Counted from the first letter of the stretch, positions 11,392 through 24,487 are shown. The stretch: 64,000 nt of DNA from Neophaeotheca triangularis (GCA_054600435.1 BAAIJX010000008.1:186001-250000); one strand, 5' to 3'. The notes: a model not told the origin generated them from the sequence alone. Numbers and translations: made by a program.

Positions 11392-12343
11392 ATGCCTCGC
11401 GAGACTGATCCGAGTAACAACTCGCGCGCGTTTTTGCGCAGCGCCCTCGCCGAGAACTCTCGCCTCGACAACCGCGGACTGGATCAATACAGACAAATCT
11501 CCCTGGCATTTGGCGATGAATTCGGAACGGCAGATGTACGCATTGGCAAGACAAGAGTCCTAGCCCGGGTCAGCGCAGAGGTCGTAGCACCGTACACCGA
11601 TAGGAAATTCGACGGCATCTTCACCATCAGCTCCGAACTGAGCCCCATGGGTAGCCCGGCGTTTGAAGTGGGAAGGTAGGTTATTCCTTCGAAAAGCTCA
11701 GGCCATGCAGATAGAGTTCGAAAAGGGAGACATTGACTAAGCTTCCAGACAAGACCAGACTGAGGTACTCCTGTCGCGCATCTTGGAGAAATCTATCCGC
11801 CGCTCGGGCGCCCTCGACACCGAATCCCTTTGCATCATCGCCGGACAGAAATGCTTCCATATCCGTGCCGACATTCATGTCCTCGATCACGATGGGAACC
11901 TGGTGGATGCCTCTTGCCTTGCCCTCGAAGCCGCACTGATGCATTTCCGCCGTCCGGATGTCGAAGTTCGCGGCGAGGATGTTACGGTCTTCTCTGTTCG
12001 TGAGCGTGAACCCGTGAAGCTGGCTATGCAGCATCAGCCCTTCTGCGTCAGCTTCTCGTACTTTTCCGACTCTGAGGCCTTTGTGGTAGATTCGACGCTG
12101 CTAGAGGAGCAGTGCCGCGATGGAGAGGTCATTGTCACGATGAATCGATTCGGGGAAGTCTGTCAGATTGCAAAGTATGGAGGGGCGCCAGTTGAGGGCT
12201 TGAGCTTGTTGACGTGCAGCAATTTGGCTCTGGAGAAGGTCAAGATGATGGATAAACTGGTCAAAGCTGAGCTGGAGAAGGATGAGAAGAAGAGGGATCG
12301 CGGTGGACTCATGGCAGAGTTGAGCGCTGAGAACGCAAGATGA
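11392..12343 (+). CDS. RRP45: Exosome complex RNase PH-like subunit Rrp45; intron 11676-11748
   Basis: RLDNRGLDQYR, ALDTESLCIIAGQKC and DHDGNLVDASC motifs. A GTAGGT..CTAAG..CAG intron joins the two ORFs in frame (EVGR/QDQTEVLLSRILEK). Confidence 0.95.
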
Positions 12344-12952
12344 GGATGACCATATGGGGAACGATTTTGAGTATCAGGGTGTGCCTGCGGCGGCCAGGAG
12401 GATCTGCGTGAGTGCCCTGCGGCAGCCATCCGGGCGCACCAGCGCCGGGTTAGGAGCAACGACAGGACGAAGCCAAGATTGCCCGAGCAGGGCCATGCTG
12501 CCGCGCGCAGTAAACGCGTAGAGGCAATGAACATAAGTCCTGCGAGCACAGCGCAGCGATGCAACGAAAAAACTGAGAAGCAGATAATGTTACAATACCC
12601 AGTCTCAGGCAGAAGGCCATCTTTGTTCAGCCTTTGTACTTGTGTTCTACCGTTGCCAGCCATTAGACTTATCTTGCCACCATAAGCACGACTCGAGGCC
12701 ACAACGATTACGCTTTGCCTTGAATTCATCAGACCGATTCTCCACTTACGAGTGAATTAGCTTGAAAGATTGCTACATCAGCTCACTCTTGGTCAGGCTT
12801 CTCGGAAACTCAACTCACCGTCACAAGCTAGAACAGACAATCCGGGCCCTGGACTCGACTCACTACTACAAGCTAGAACGGACCGTTCTCTTCCATCCCT
12901 CCCGCCTTCGATCTCGTTCTCACATGCCGGAAGAAGCCTGACACATGCCAAC

Positions 12953-15769
12953 ATGTCTTCATTCAACAAACTACCTCCACGTGCCAGCCAGCCGAGTATA
13001 AGACAGCTTTCTCCAAGCCACGACGACGACCTACCTTACACGCACGTGCCACTAAAGAAAACATTGGCTCCTTTAAAGAAAACACTGGCTCCTTCGACAT
13101 TTCGCCCGAGCAGAATGGACCCCAAAGATATTCAACACAAGGGCGAGCCCATTTCACTCGCATCCCTCGCTCGCCGTAGCGCAGCACCCGAACTTGGCTC
13201 CAGCACGTCACACCCGACCCTTCAACAAGGCGGTTTGAAGAGGTCGTTTACATCGATGGACGCATCCAACCCCCATGCTCCTAGCAAAGCTGAGCGCGAC
13301 GCTGAGCGAGCCGCTACGATTCGAAGACTTTTGTCTAAAAAACATGCAATTAGCGATGGTCAGGCGACAGTCATGGCTTCACCATCACCCGCTCCCGGCC
13401 AAGTTCCTTTCCCCGACCCAAGCAAAAATACTATTCCACCTCGCGTGCCGAAGAAGGTAGCAAGAAGAACACCTTTCATAGACTCAGACGAGGATGATTC
13501 AGATGACGAGGATTCAGATGACGAAGAAGAAGAAGAAGAAGAAGACCCCTCGCCCCTTGTCTCGGCCAAAGATTCGTCTTTCTGGGATATTGCTAGGGCT
13601 CGGAATGCATCACAGAACAAGACTGCCAATCACGGTAGCCTTCCTCACGTTCAGGCACCACTTAGGCCCGGGGCTATGGCTTCCACCGCGAACAAACCGA
13701 CGAATAGCAAGTCGGTTAACACAAGCGCTGCCAACACCGCTGCAAGCAAGCTCGCGGCCCACCGCGACGTAGTCAACGGAGAAAGTCAGAAGCTACAGCG
13801 AGAGCTTCAGCGACAGGCGCAAAAGCAACACCAGCAGCGTGAGGAAGCGGCGAGAGCGGCAAAACACGCCGAGAAGCAGCGAGAGCAGGAACGGATCGAA
13901 AAGCGCAACAAACAAATCCAAGAGCAAAAGGCCCGGGAGCTTCGCGAGGAACAGTTCGCTCAGAGAATTCGTGACCGTGCCAAGCTTAGTCCGGAAGCAA
14001 GGGCCGAGGTCGAGAGGAAAGAGGAGGCGCGACAAGAACTGATTCGTAAGAAGGAGGAGAGGAACGTAAAGAACAGGGCTGCTATCCAGGCGAACGAGCG
14101 CGTTGAAAGCGAGGACAGCGGTAGTTCCTCTGACGAAGGCAGTGACGACGAGGATGAAGTGGCGAGATCACGCCAGGAAGATATTCGGAAGCGCGCTGTA
14201 GCGGCGAAAGAGCATAGAACGCAGATTGAGGACGGCTTGGTAGTGATAGAAGAGGAGGGACAGGTTCGCTCACCCTACTTCAATGGCCCTAGACCCACCT
14301 TTCACCATACCCATAGAAGTACTGGGCCGATTGGGCTAAACGATCTTGCTCAAAGACGCCAAGAGCAGCAGCTCGACTCTAGGAAAAGCGGTGCTCCTGA
14401 GCGGAGGAAAAAGAACGAGAGGGAGAGATTGAACGATGTCACCTACGCGGACGTTCGACTGTTGGCGCTTCGCGGGACAATGGATTTCGACGACGTCGCG
14501 GCAGAGTACAACAGAATCACGGGCAAATCATTAAAGGCGGTGACGATAAGGAAAAGAGCGAGATGTGTCGACAACGGGCTGAAAGATGCGGCTGTGCCAG
14601 CGGAGCTTATTGAACGCTTCCAAGCAAACGAAGAGGGTGCTTTCGAAGAGGTGAACCGCTTGGTCTATGGCAACGAGTGGGTTCCTTGTAAGACGCAGCC
14701 TCTGAAGCCCATAGTCAGGGGCCAGTACGCTCGACAACAGCGACTGGAAACGACAAGGCCAAGTGTGATGGCACCCCAGCCACAACTACAGATACAACCG
14801 CCGCCACAGCGAAGCGTCGCCCTCCCGAGTCGCAGTGTCGCACGCGAGCCGGAGCACGTACATAGTCGTGTCCAACCCATTGTGAATGGTCTAAGCATCC
14901 AACAGCAGCCTCAACCACGCCCAACTCAGGGAGGCAAGACCATCGGCCCAGAGTTGCTAAATCTGATCATGCGAGAGCAAACCGACATTTCCGAGGAGGA
15001 ATACGAAGAAGAGGCGGCGGATCTCCGTGAGCCATCTCCACCATCTCCCGAAGATTTCTGCCACTTCGCCTACCAACCCGAACGCCGCGAAGGCAGGTAC
15101 AACGACTACGACGGCATCGAAGACCCTGACGAGTTACGCGAAGCTCTTAAGGATGAGCAATGGATCTCAATCGGAGAGCCGTTCGAACTACTTAAGCAAG
15201 CTGATCATGCGGCCGCCCAAGGAATTGTTCGAACTCTACCAGGTCAAGAGCCAATGCTCGATTTCAGCGGGAAGTATACGATGTCCTGCGATGTCGACGA
15301 AGAAAGCGGTATGCCCATCCACGAACTGACATCTAACCGTGGTATCGTCCAAGTGAGGGTGTCCCGTTTCATGCGTACATTTGCCGAAGGCGTCGTTCCC
15401 GAGATGAAGCACGCCTGGATGCCGAAGACGGTCTACATGGTTAAATCGCTCGTTAGCCAGCAAAACGAGGTAGGCGTTGGCGAAATTGTCATCAAGTCCG
15501 AAGAAAAGACTGCTGGGGTGTTCACCGACATAGAGATTGCGAACCACAGTGCGATTGATAAGTGGATTGAGCTGACCGTCAAGCCGGAGACCACGAGTCT
15601 GACGATGCGTGAGACGGCCAAGACTGAGGCGAGAAAGAGTCTCAGGGAGAAGATGGTACACATTGGAAAGGAGCGCACTGCGTTTGACATGAATCAGGAA
15701 GATCAACACGGCCGCGGAGTGAGGGTTTGGGTGGCGGAGGAGAAACTTCAGGGGCCGAGAAACATTTGA
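12953..15769 (+). CDS. Hypothetical protein with acidic/coiled-coil regions and a possible Myb/HTH-like segment
   Basis: Long ORF, first ATG at 12953. The segment LLALRGTMDFDDVAAEYNRITGKSLKAVTIRKRAR resembles an HTH. Globular C-terminal domain. Confidence 0.75.
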   Translation: MSSFNKLPPRASQPSIRQLSPSHDDDLPYTHVPLKKTLAPLKKTLAPSTFRPSRMDPKDIQHKGEPISLASLARRSAAPELGSSTSHPTLQQGGLKRSFTSMDASNPHAPSKAERDAERAATIRRLLSKKHAISDGQATVMASPSPAPGQVPFPDPSKNTIPPRVPKKVARRTPFIDSDEDDSDDEDSDDEEEEEEEDPSPLVSAKDSSFWDIARARNASQNKTANHGSLPHVQAPLRPGAMASTANKPTNSKSVNTSAANTAASKLAAHRDVVNGESQKLQRELQRQAQKQHQQREEAARAAKHAEKQREQERIEKRNKQIQEQKARELREEQFAQRIRDRAKLSPEARAEVERKEEARQELIRKKEERNVKNRAAIQANERVESEDSGSSSDEGSDDEDEVARSRQEDIRKRAVAAKEHRTQIEDGLVVIEEEGQVRSPYFNGPRPTFHHTHRSTGPIGLNDLAQRRQEQQLDSRKSGAPERRKKNERERLNDVTYADVRLLALRGTMDFDDVAAEYNRITGKSLKAVTIRKRARCVDNGLKDAAVPAELIERFQANEEGAFEEVNRLVYGNEWVPCKTQPLKPIVRGQYARQQRLETTRPSVMAPQPQLQIQPPPQRSVALPSRSVAREPEHVHSRVQPIVNGLSIQQQPQPRPTQGGKTIGPELLNLIMREQTDISEEEYEEEAADLREPSPPSPEDFCHFAYQPERREGRYNDYDGIEDPDELREALKDEQWISIGEPFELLKQADHAAAQGIVRTLPGQEPMLDFSGKYTMSCDVDEESGMPIHELTSNRGIVQVRVSRFMRTFAEGVVPEMKHAWMPKTVYMVKSLVSQQNEVGVGEIVIKSEEKTAGVFTDIEIANHSAIDKWIELTVKPETTSLTMRETAKTEARKSLREKMVHIGKERTAFDMNQEDQHGRGVRVWVAEEKLQGPRNI

Positions 15770-15933
15770 GCAGACCGGTAGACAACAGCCCTGGACGTGA
15801 CTTGGACAGCCTTTAACCGGAGCTATCTCCAGGCAGCTGCATCCAAGACACCGCTGGTCTCACCAAATTAGCACAGTCGTTGTCGGCAGGGTATCTACGA
15901 TCTCTCTTGATTTCAGTGCTCTAACTTTCCTCG

Positions 15934-16041
15934 GCAGCTACGGTGGAATGGGCAAGGACTTGTTGCTGGTTCGCATTGGAAGGACCCAGCAACTCCGAAC
16001 GCGAATCCCAGCAACAAGTCCTTGCCCATTGCATCTCGCTG
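15934..16041 (+). ncRNA. Candidate pre-miRNA-like hairpin
   Basis: Perfect 23-bp inverted repeat: AATGGGCAAGGACTTGTTGCTGG (15947-15969) / CCAGCAACAAGTCCTTGCCCATT (16008-16030), with further pairing inside and outside. Intergenic. Strand inferred from the upstream intron-like signals. Confidence 0.55.
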
Positions 16042-16262
16042 GTCTCTCCATTGACATTGTTACGTCGAACATTATCCCCAACGATATCGCCAACGACAAT
16101 ACCGCAGAGGTTGCTCGCGCCAAGACATGTCCTCTGCACAGCTCCTACCCAATCCCAAAGCGGTAAGCGGCTTCTCAGCTTCACCTCGAACACCAAAACA
16201 ACCTCACACCCACCCACAACAGCGCCAACCATTCTCGCGCCCATCATTAGCAACACCAAACC

Positions 16263-17112
16263 ATGTCGTCGTCGTCCTCCCCACCCCCGCAACTAATCTC
16301 CACAACCACAGTCCTCTCCCTCCTCTCCACCGTAGCCATACTCCTAGCCGCGTACCTCGCCTCGCAGCGCCTGCTGCCCACCACCACCTCCCTGAAAACG
16401 CGCCTCCTCTTCATCTGGCACGCCTTCGACGCCCTGATCCACTTCCTCCTCGAAGGCAGCTACCTGTGGAACTGCTTCTTCAGCGCCACGCCCAGCACGA
16501 CGCAAGCGTCCGCGTACCTGCCGCCGCATGTCTACTTCCTAGGTCACGAGGGGTGGCTGTACGGCGCCGAGTATGGGACTTCGCCGTTTAGTGCGTTGTG
16601 GAGGGAGTATGCGAAAGCGGATAAGAGGTGGGGGGGCTCCGATCTTACAGTTGTTTCGTTGGAGTTGTTGACGGTTTTTGTGGCTGGGCCGATGGCGGTG
16701 TGGGTTTGTCAGTGTTTGAGGAAGCAGAGAGGGGAGGGGTGCTTTTGGATGGTCGTTTTGGCTACGGGGGAGCTGTATGGAGGTAGGTGAATACTTTGGT
16801 AGGTTTCAAGGGTGTGTTCGTGTTCTGATCGGGTTTTTTGTTTGCAGGTTTCATGACTTTTGCCCCTGAGTGGTTGAGTGGGTCGCCGAATCTCAATACT
16901 TCCAACTTCATGTATACGTAGGTTTCGCCTTTGCTAGTTGCTGGTTGAGCCTTTTTTCACTGACGCGGAATAGCTGGGTTTACCTGTTCTTTTTCAACAC
17001 GCTTTGGGTCTGGATTCCTCTCTGGGTTTTGTACGAGAGCTACGGCCAGATAGCCCGAGCGCTTTCGAGCAATCAGACAGGACAGCAGAGTTGCAAGCGC
17101 AAATACAGGTGA
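16263..17112 (+). CDS. Emopamil-binding protein (EBP/EXPERA) family membrane protein; introns 16783-16847 and 16918-16973
   Basis: WHAFDALIHFLLEGSY, LWREYAKADKRW and ELYGGFMTFAPEW...WVYLFFFNTLWVWIP after splicing. Confidence 0.92.
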
Positions 17113-17147
17113 TTATGTAAATCCATCTCCGTCGTTAAATGATCACG

Positions 17148-20061
17148 TTAGAAACCGAAACGCTGGTAACAATCATTCGCGCCACCTTCAATCTTGACGC
17201 CTCCAGCAATGGCGCATGTATCGCTCATCCCACTGTGCTTCCTGGAAAGGACGTTCGCGTACAATTCCCTTTTTGGGAGTTGCCTTCTGTGGGACTTCGA
17301 GGGCTTGACATGTTTGAAATCACCACCAACATCCGAGGCACCAGACACAGTGGCTGAGGAGCTTGATCTTCGAGATGCATCGTCGTGGACTTGTTGGACC
17401 TTGATATGGATATCATCGGGCTCGCAACCTTCAGCAGAGAAGCGTCGAGTCTTGGAATCGTATTGGAGGAAATCCGTGTGGAAAGCGAGCCAAAGACCGA
17501 GGTAGACGACGCGCTCCGCTCTCATCTGGCGCATGACGGGCGTCTCAATGGCGCGACTACCATCATCGTCTTCAAGCTCCTTGAACCAGTCCTGAGGGAA
17601 GTATCCGTAGCTCCAGACCAATCCGCGTATGGCAAAGTCATCTTGCAACAAAGTCGTGCACCCTTTCCGCTCCTGTTGTAAGAAAACTTTCTGGCGAGCG
17701 CAGACTTCCAAGCGGTCCGTGACTTGTTCAAAGCGAGTGAGGGCGTTGAGAAAACGGGATAGACTAACCCATGGAACGTTTCCCGTGAGCGAATCGCACA
17801 TATGAAGGATTTGACTGTCGTCAGTGTGTCGAGATCGAAGGGAAGACAATGAATGGAGCCAGACCAGGTTGACATGAACAAAAGGAAGGACGCCAGAGAG
17901 GGAATCGCGATCGTCGTAATGCTTCAAAGCCAGCGCAAGGGAGTCGATGGAGAACTGAATCGTCACTTCGTTAGGCGGCACTGGTTCAGTGGTAAGCACG
18001 GTCTCAAAGAAAGATGGTGGAGGCGGCAGGTTCGGGACGGATCCGTATGGGGTTTGGTCTTGGTCTTTCTTGACCATTTCTTGAACGTCACGAACGAAGA
18101 CCATGCGCGGCAAGTTGTTCTGCGCTCCAAGGTGGAAGATTGAGGCAATGTTGGTGATGGCGAGAGATGTGCCAAAGTCCTTCCACCTCGCGGCAGGCAG
18201 GCAGCCGAGCATCTTGATGGTTTGCGCTGCGGCATCCTTGGCCTCTGCAATCCGGTCAAACGAGAGCAAAGCGTGGTATGTAATAGCGCACGCCTCGGCT
18301 GACTGTCTGCGGCTCTCTGCAAGCTTGTCATCGTTTACGATGGGTCCGCAAAGGGTTGCTAGCGACTCCTTGGTATTGGCGAAGGGCACCACACTGGTCA
18401 AGGCTTTGGCGTAGAAGTAAAACTTGTGCATGCTTGGCCGCTCCAGGATGCCCAAGTGATGGCATAATCTTCCAATGGATGGGTGACGATCAGCAGCCAT
18501 AGTGTACCACCGCGCGGCAACGCCTCCCCATAGGGCATGAGTTTCCCGATCCTCTTCTATGGCCATGCGGTAGCGCGCCAAATCCCCGAGACACTCGACC
18601 CACGTATCAACAAACGCCGGCACGGTCTCATAGAGCAAAGCCATCATCGAATACGCGAGGTAGATGAACGACAGCATGTACTCCTGAGAGGCAGGCCTTC
18701 TGTGCCGCAGGACCTCTAAGAACGCATGGATGCCGTGCTTCCACATGCGCGCAGGCATACTATACTTGACGGCCAAGCGAGCGAGGGCATCGTTGGCCGA
18801 GGGATGCTGCGTCGCCATCAAGAAGTCGTGATGTTCATATAAGAGGGTCCTGTGGAGTGCTATGAGGGCTTCCCATTGCTCTGAGCTAAGTTTGACGGAC
18901 AGGTCCGCGGCCTGGGTTGCGTCGATGCTAATGCATTTCGCCTCAACCATGACGAGGCCAGCATAGATGCCTTTGATCTCTGCCGCTAGCTGGTCCTGAG
19001 AGATGGGAGAGGAGGCCGGTTGTAGGATCATGGCTGGGTATTGAGATTTCCTCGAGTGTTGCTCTCGTTGCTGGGGTTGAGGACGCTGCACAAGTTCATG
19101 TGGAGGTTCTGCAGTAGGCTTTCTGAGGGATGAAGGTAGCTTAGGCTTTGAACTGTGATCGTTCGCACAAGGCAATATCGTCTCATTAGGCCAGAAGCCT
19201 GAGTCATACTGTCTCGACGCTCCAGGCTGCAGGGCGTAGAGCGTGCTGTCTTTAGATGCGTAACCGGAGTCACGGGGCAAAGCTGCAAACGGGTGTTTTG
19301 GGGACTTTGCCTGGCAACCAAAAGCTGCTGCACCGGATCCAGTTGGCCGAGGCCTAATAGCCGGAGGGTGGGCTTTTGTGTTCTTTGCTTTGGTCAGCGT
19401 TAACACATAACATCCGGGGAATGACATGAACTGACCGCGCTGGGGTTAGGCTTTGTTTCCTTGGCTCCAGGTGAAAGGCGTGGACGGAACTCTGAACTGG
19501 CGGCACGTTTCAAACCTGAAGGGGATGTTTTGCACGAATTCCATGGCTCCTTAGGGTCGATTGGACTAGCGGGCCTGGCTGAAGACTGCTTGCTCAGATT
19601 CAGATGGCGTACCTGTCTTGTCGCGGAACGTGCGGGCGAGGAGGCTGGTGATGGCGTCTCTGGTGGCGTTTGATTCTTGACGTGGACATCCATGGAATCT
19701 TCAGAATTGCTGCGAGTGCAGAGTACTTCCCAGGGTGTTGGTGATTGACATAGTCCAGGACTGTAATCTCCCGAAGTCCTTGAAAACAGTCAGCCCATGG
19801 CGTCAGATGACAGAAGCCTGAAATGTGTGCTCCTCCGCGCTCGCTTACTTACCCTGCTGCCTGGACGAAGTTAGTACCTCTGGTGTCATCGTGTTCGCCC
19901 TTCACGTAAGCTTGTGGCAAACGCTCGTACTTATAGTGGCGAGACTCGTCGTGGTATCGAGCGGCGAAACCTGCGTCGCCAGGAAATTGAGCGTCAAAGT
20001 CACGTCGATGGACTTCGCCGGATCTTGGGAGGCCGGCGTCGGTAGAGCCAGGATTGCTCAT
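17148..20061 (-). CDS. Est1/SMG5-7-like (TPR, Est1 DNA/RNA-binding) protein; probable introns ~19389-19435 and ~19779-19852
   Basis: EIKGIYAGLVMVEAKC, ARMWKHGIHAFLEVLR and WVECLGDLARYRMAIE motifs. Upstream exons join in frame via GTCAGT and GTAAGT donors. The 5' end is less certain. Confidence 0.82.
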
Positions 20062-21810
20062 AGCACTATGTGGTTTGGCCGTTGCAACGGGATCAGTCTA
20101 TTCGCAGGGTCAAGATAGTCAAGAGTATTTTGCTCTGGATTGATTGCGGCAACAAGTTGGCTGTTGGTGGAATAGCTGCTTTCAATGTCAGCGTGGACCC
20201 ACGTTTGTAACCCGAGTTGCCATCGCCGTCCATCTCTGTGTCCGTCTTTGTGGGCTAAATGTACCTTGAACTTGATATCCAGCAGCAGAAACAAATCAAT
20301 ATGGAGAATATCATCAATATCCAGGACATTGACGAGACCTCGTGCGGTCTGACGGGTTGTGTCTATCGAAGGGCTTTCTTTGATGGAACGAGCTGACGAG
20401 TAAAGCGCACGCCTCTTCAAGCACGAAACCTGTCTGTATACTATAGTTCTGTGCAGATGATTGATGTGTGCGATCACTGGCGACTCTGCCGCTGAAAATA
20501 TTTTTATTCCTCGTCATGCGAACCGGTAGCCTTCATTTGAAAAGAGCACCTAGGAAAGATATCGAAAGGCACAACAAGAACAGGCGTACGAGTGGGGATT
20601 CGCGAAGGCATCCTGGAAGGCAACTGGTTCGCAACGCCACCGGTGGGCACCGCCAGAGCCTCTCTCCGTTGGGCCGTGTCTAGCTATGTATTATTCAACG
20701 CACATGCCCAGGTGATGGCTTGTCTTGCCTTGTTATACAAGTGGGACGAAGCTGCAAGGCAGAGCACATGTATTGGACGCATATTCGACCATACTATCCC
20801 ACGATGCGAAGGGCGCTCTCCATTCGCATTCAGTATGACAACACGAACACCGGTGAAGGGGCCGCCAATCATTATATAGGGCGGGGCTGTGCCGCCTTGA
20901 GGGCGGGTAAAACAAGTCGCACCCACACACATACCACACACTACTTATTAGGCGCGCAGCAGATCTGCCTTAGCCAGTCAAGCCGCGCAAACCGTTCGGG
21001 CACGAGGCTGGAGTAAGAGGGTAGAATGACCAGTGAAAGTTCCGGTTTGGATCATGAGTTGCAGGCCTTATCAGAGCAGTTCATGGCGCGGCACCATTAA
21101 CGAGATTGCAAAGCAGCAATATCGCAGGAGAGGCTGCATCCTTTCCACACTGGTAGGATGTCAATGGACGCCAATGGCGCCTTGTGTTTCGAAAGGATCA
21201 GGTTGAGGGCCGCCCGAGGCCGCCGAAAGTTGCCTTGATTTCGCTGTCAGGGTCAAGAGAGGCCGCCCTCCTGAGCAATGCGGGGTTTTGCATTATTGTT
21301 CGTCCACATCACATCTTTCACAGCCGTGCCCGCCCGTAAGTTGTTAAACGCATTTGACGACTTTGGTTTTGACGGCCCAGTACGATCAGGAAAAATCGCA
21401 ATGATGTTGCGGTAGGATTGCGAGGGGGAACATCGAGCGAGGCCAAAGAAGCCGCACCAGGAGGTTGTCGCACTCAGTTGCCTAGGGCACCATATCACGG
21501 GGTCATGGATTCCCACTGCGCAAGACAGGTCCTCGTCGCATTGAGACGGATTCCAAAAAAAACCCAGAGGCAAGGAGCCAGTGATGAGAGCTTTGCAGCG
21601 GTGTTTGTACGTATTATATATAGGAAGATTCAGGTATTTGAGGGACATTGTGGCACTGCCGAGTAGCGTCGCGTCTTCACCGGTCGACGCGAGTGATGGT
21701 AGAACCGTGCTTTCCAACGTCATCCCTTCACTCTAGCACACTCAACTACCTATACCTACCTCCTCGAATATATCCAACCCAGGCGGTCAAAAGATGCTCG
21801 CACAGCCGCC

Positions 21811-24487
21811 ATGGACTTCGTAAGCAATCGCACACGTATACGCCTCCTCCCTCCACCCTCACTGACGGCCTCAGTGGTCACGGCTGATTGGCGGCACCTA
21901 CGCTCCAAAGCGCACCCCCGTCGCACCCGCCAACGACCCCCAAGCCCGTCTCGCCCGATTCAAGCGCGTATACGGCAGCATTCAGCAAATATGTAACCGA
22001 CCGCGAAACCTCTCTACCGAGGGACCTCTGCTGGAGCAATTGTACGCCTACCTTGAACGCTTGGCGATACTCATCCGAGAGGAAGTAAGAGCTCCGATAC
22101 CGCATCTGTGCCTCCAATATGCCTCGAGCACGCAACTGTATGCTTTCGTTGCCAGAGCTGCCAAGGTCAGCCAGTATGAGCCGGTCGTGCAGGCTACAAT
22201 TTCCGTCTTTGCCGCCCTCGTCGACAGCGAAGAGGAAGACTTTCTGTCACAACCCATCTTTGGCAAAAGCCTCATGGATCTAGTCACGAGAGTGGTAGAC
22301 GGAGGAGCTGTGTTGCTCGGCATTGAGTCGGAAACTGCAATACTGGAGCTGCTCTTCACCATTGCGGCAAAGATACGGCTCCAACCAGAGATCCTCCCAG
22401 TATGGTTTACTTCCAAGGCCAAGCCTGAGCCGGAAGATGTTTTTGTCCAAGAGAAGCAGAAGTTCGTTGGCATCACGCAGAAAGAAGACTTCCCTCTATG
22501 CTATCTTCTCATTGATCGTGTTCACCACGAAGGGCGAATAGGGGATTTTGCCCGGACAGGTTTACTCTACATTTTCGAAGCGACTGGGCGCTCACCAAAC
22601 CTTGAAGAGTGGGTTGTAAGCTCTGATCTGCCTACTTTGATGGCGTCTGGTTTGGGAGCGCTCTATAGCCAGCTCAGTCGTGAGTTGAGCGTCTTGCACC
22701 CAGATGCCACGCTGCCGCCTGTTCTCGCTATGAGCGATTACAGCACGACACACGCTCGTGCCACGGCAGAGAGCGCATTTTCTGAGAGGCATCTGAGTCA
22801 TATGGTGACATTCTTATCATACTTGACATTTTGGCAAGATGTACTTGACCACTGCAAGTCTGTTGATGTCAAGCAGACTTTGCTCGACCATTTCCAAATC
22901 TTGTTCCTACAGCAACTACTCTACCCGTCTTTGCTACAGTCTAGCGATACCGACGGTGGAAGCTCTGTTGCAGTTCTCACGTACATCAGTACCGTCCTCG
23001 ATTCTTTAGATCACCAGGAGCTGCTCAAGATGATATTGTCTTACCTTCTCGCTATTCCTGACAAACCCGAAACTGCGATCTCTGAAGAGCCTTCCGGGGC
23101 CACACGCCCTTCCATGCCAGCAAGAAGCCCAACTGCGATGAAACGAAGGCAGAGCCTTATGCTGCTTGCCGCACACAAGGACCCTCAAGACATCATGGAG
23201 CCGACATTATTTAATCTGGTCGACCTCGTTCTGAACAGCGTCGGGTCGAGGAACAGCCAGACTGTATTTGTCGGGTTAAAACTCGTGTCTACCCTCTTGG
23301 CTCCGCAACAGAGGAAGCATGCTTTGGGAACGCTAGTGAAGACCGAGCATGTGCCGGACGAAAGACCGAATCGGACAGCCGGTGCGCTCGACATGGAGCT
23401 AGAACAATACGCCGATCTCGTTGCCGCTTTTGGCCGCCATCGTGGTGATGAGGATGCTTACGATGCGCTGTGTCAAGACATAAGGCAGAGCATCGAAGCG
23501 CAGATACCAGTCGAGCCTTCGAACACATTGAGGCATCCAATGCCCGGCCAATACCTGCTTCAGCCTCACGATAGCCTGACAGAATCCTTAAGAGCTACTC
23601 TGAGCACGTTTTGGTCCAATAGCATCGACGTCAACCTTGCCTTGACCCAAGCCATGATATCCATCGCCCTTTGTCTGGAACTACGCTTGGATAGCTGGCT
23701 TACTCTCGATCCGGCTAGCTATGCTTACGACGATGTCGACAATAATAGGCCTGAACGCTCGTGGCACGCGCATTTGGAAGACGAAGAAGCCACTGCATGG
23801 TCAGCTGCACAGGGAGCCTTGAAACGCCCCGTGTGGCCTGATATTGGCAGGCAGCCAGCAATTTTCACCACCCTTTCGAGCCTGGTAAAAGAGTACCACA
23901 CTGTACGGAACGCCGTGTCCAATTTCGACCACATGATCGCCGCCCGTAAAACGATGTTGCAAGCCGCTAGCATCGACGCACCATCTGACGACCTGGCTTC
24001 CGAAGAGAACAGCCCACAGGCTGATAGGCATCTGCAAAGTGCTCAAGGCAGCAAGTCCCGGGCTTCTGACAGTCGTAGCTTGAGTCAACAACACGTCACC
24101 AATCAGGTATCCAGTCCAGCGCCAGGCTCGCCCCACCCAAACGCCACCACGCAACACCAAGCATCCACCCGTTCCGATTCTACGATTGGTGCCACGTCAC
24201 GCAACCCTTCGACGAGCACAAAGGCAGCGGTACCACCTCTTTCGCAAATCTTCCAGCCGCCTCCGCCAGAAACGCCCAGTACTACTGACGTTTTGATGGA
24301 GCAGTTTGAGTTCGCAAGCGCGGCGTCACATGACGAGCAAAATGAAGCTGAGTCTGGAAAGCGCACCGCAAGCTTGAATCACGTTTTAACCAACGCCATC
24401 GTCTTGCAGGAGTTCATAATGGAGCTCATGGCGGTTTTGCAAGTTAGGGCCGCGGTGCTTGGAGAGAGGGAAGTGAGAGTTGCATAG
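21811..24487 (+). CDS. FHIP / RAI16-like (FAM160) protein; intron 21820-21874
   Basis: Spliced N-terminus MDF|WSRLIGG; HHEGRIGDFARTGLL and LMASGLGALYSQL motifs; C-terminal LTNAIVLQEFIMELMAVLQVRA. Confidence 0.9.

Noticed and set aside
13052..13094. KKTLAPL/KKTLAP duplication
   Set aside because: Ordinary 21-bp in-frame slippage in a disordered region
20100..21720. Assorted short ORFs between the Est1-like and FHIP genes
   Set aside because: No domains or codon bias; probably divergent promoter/UTR sequence
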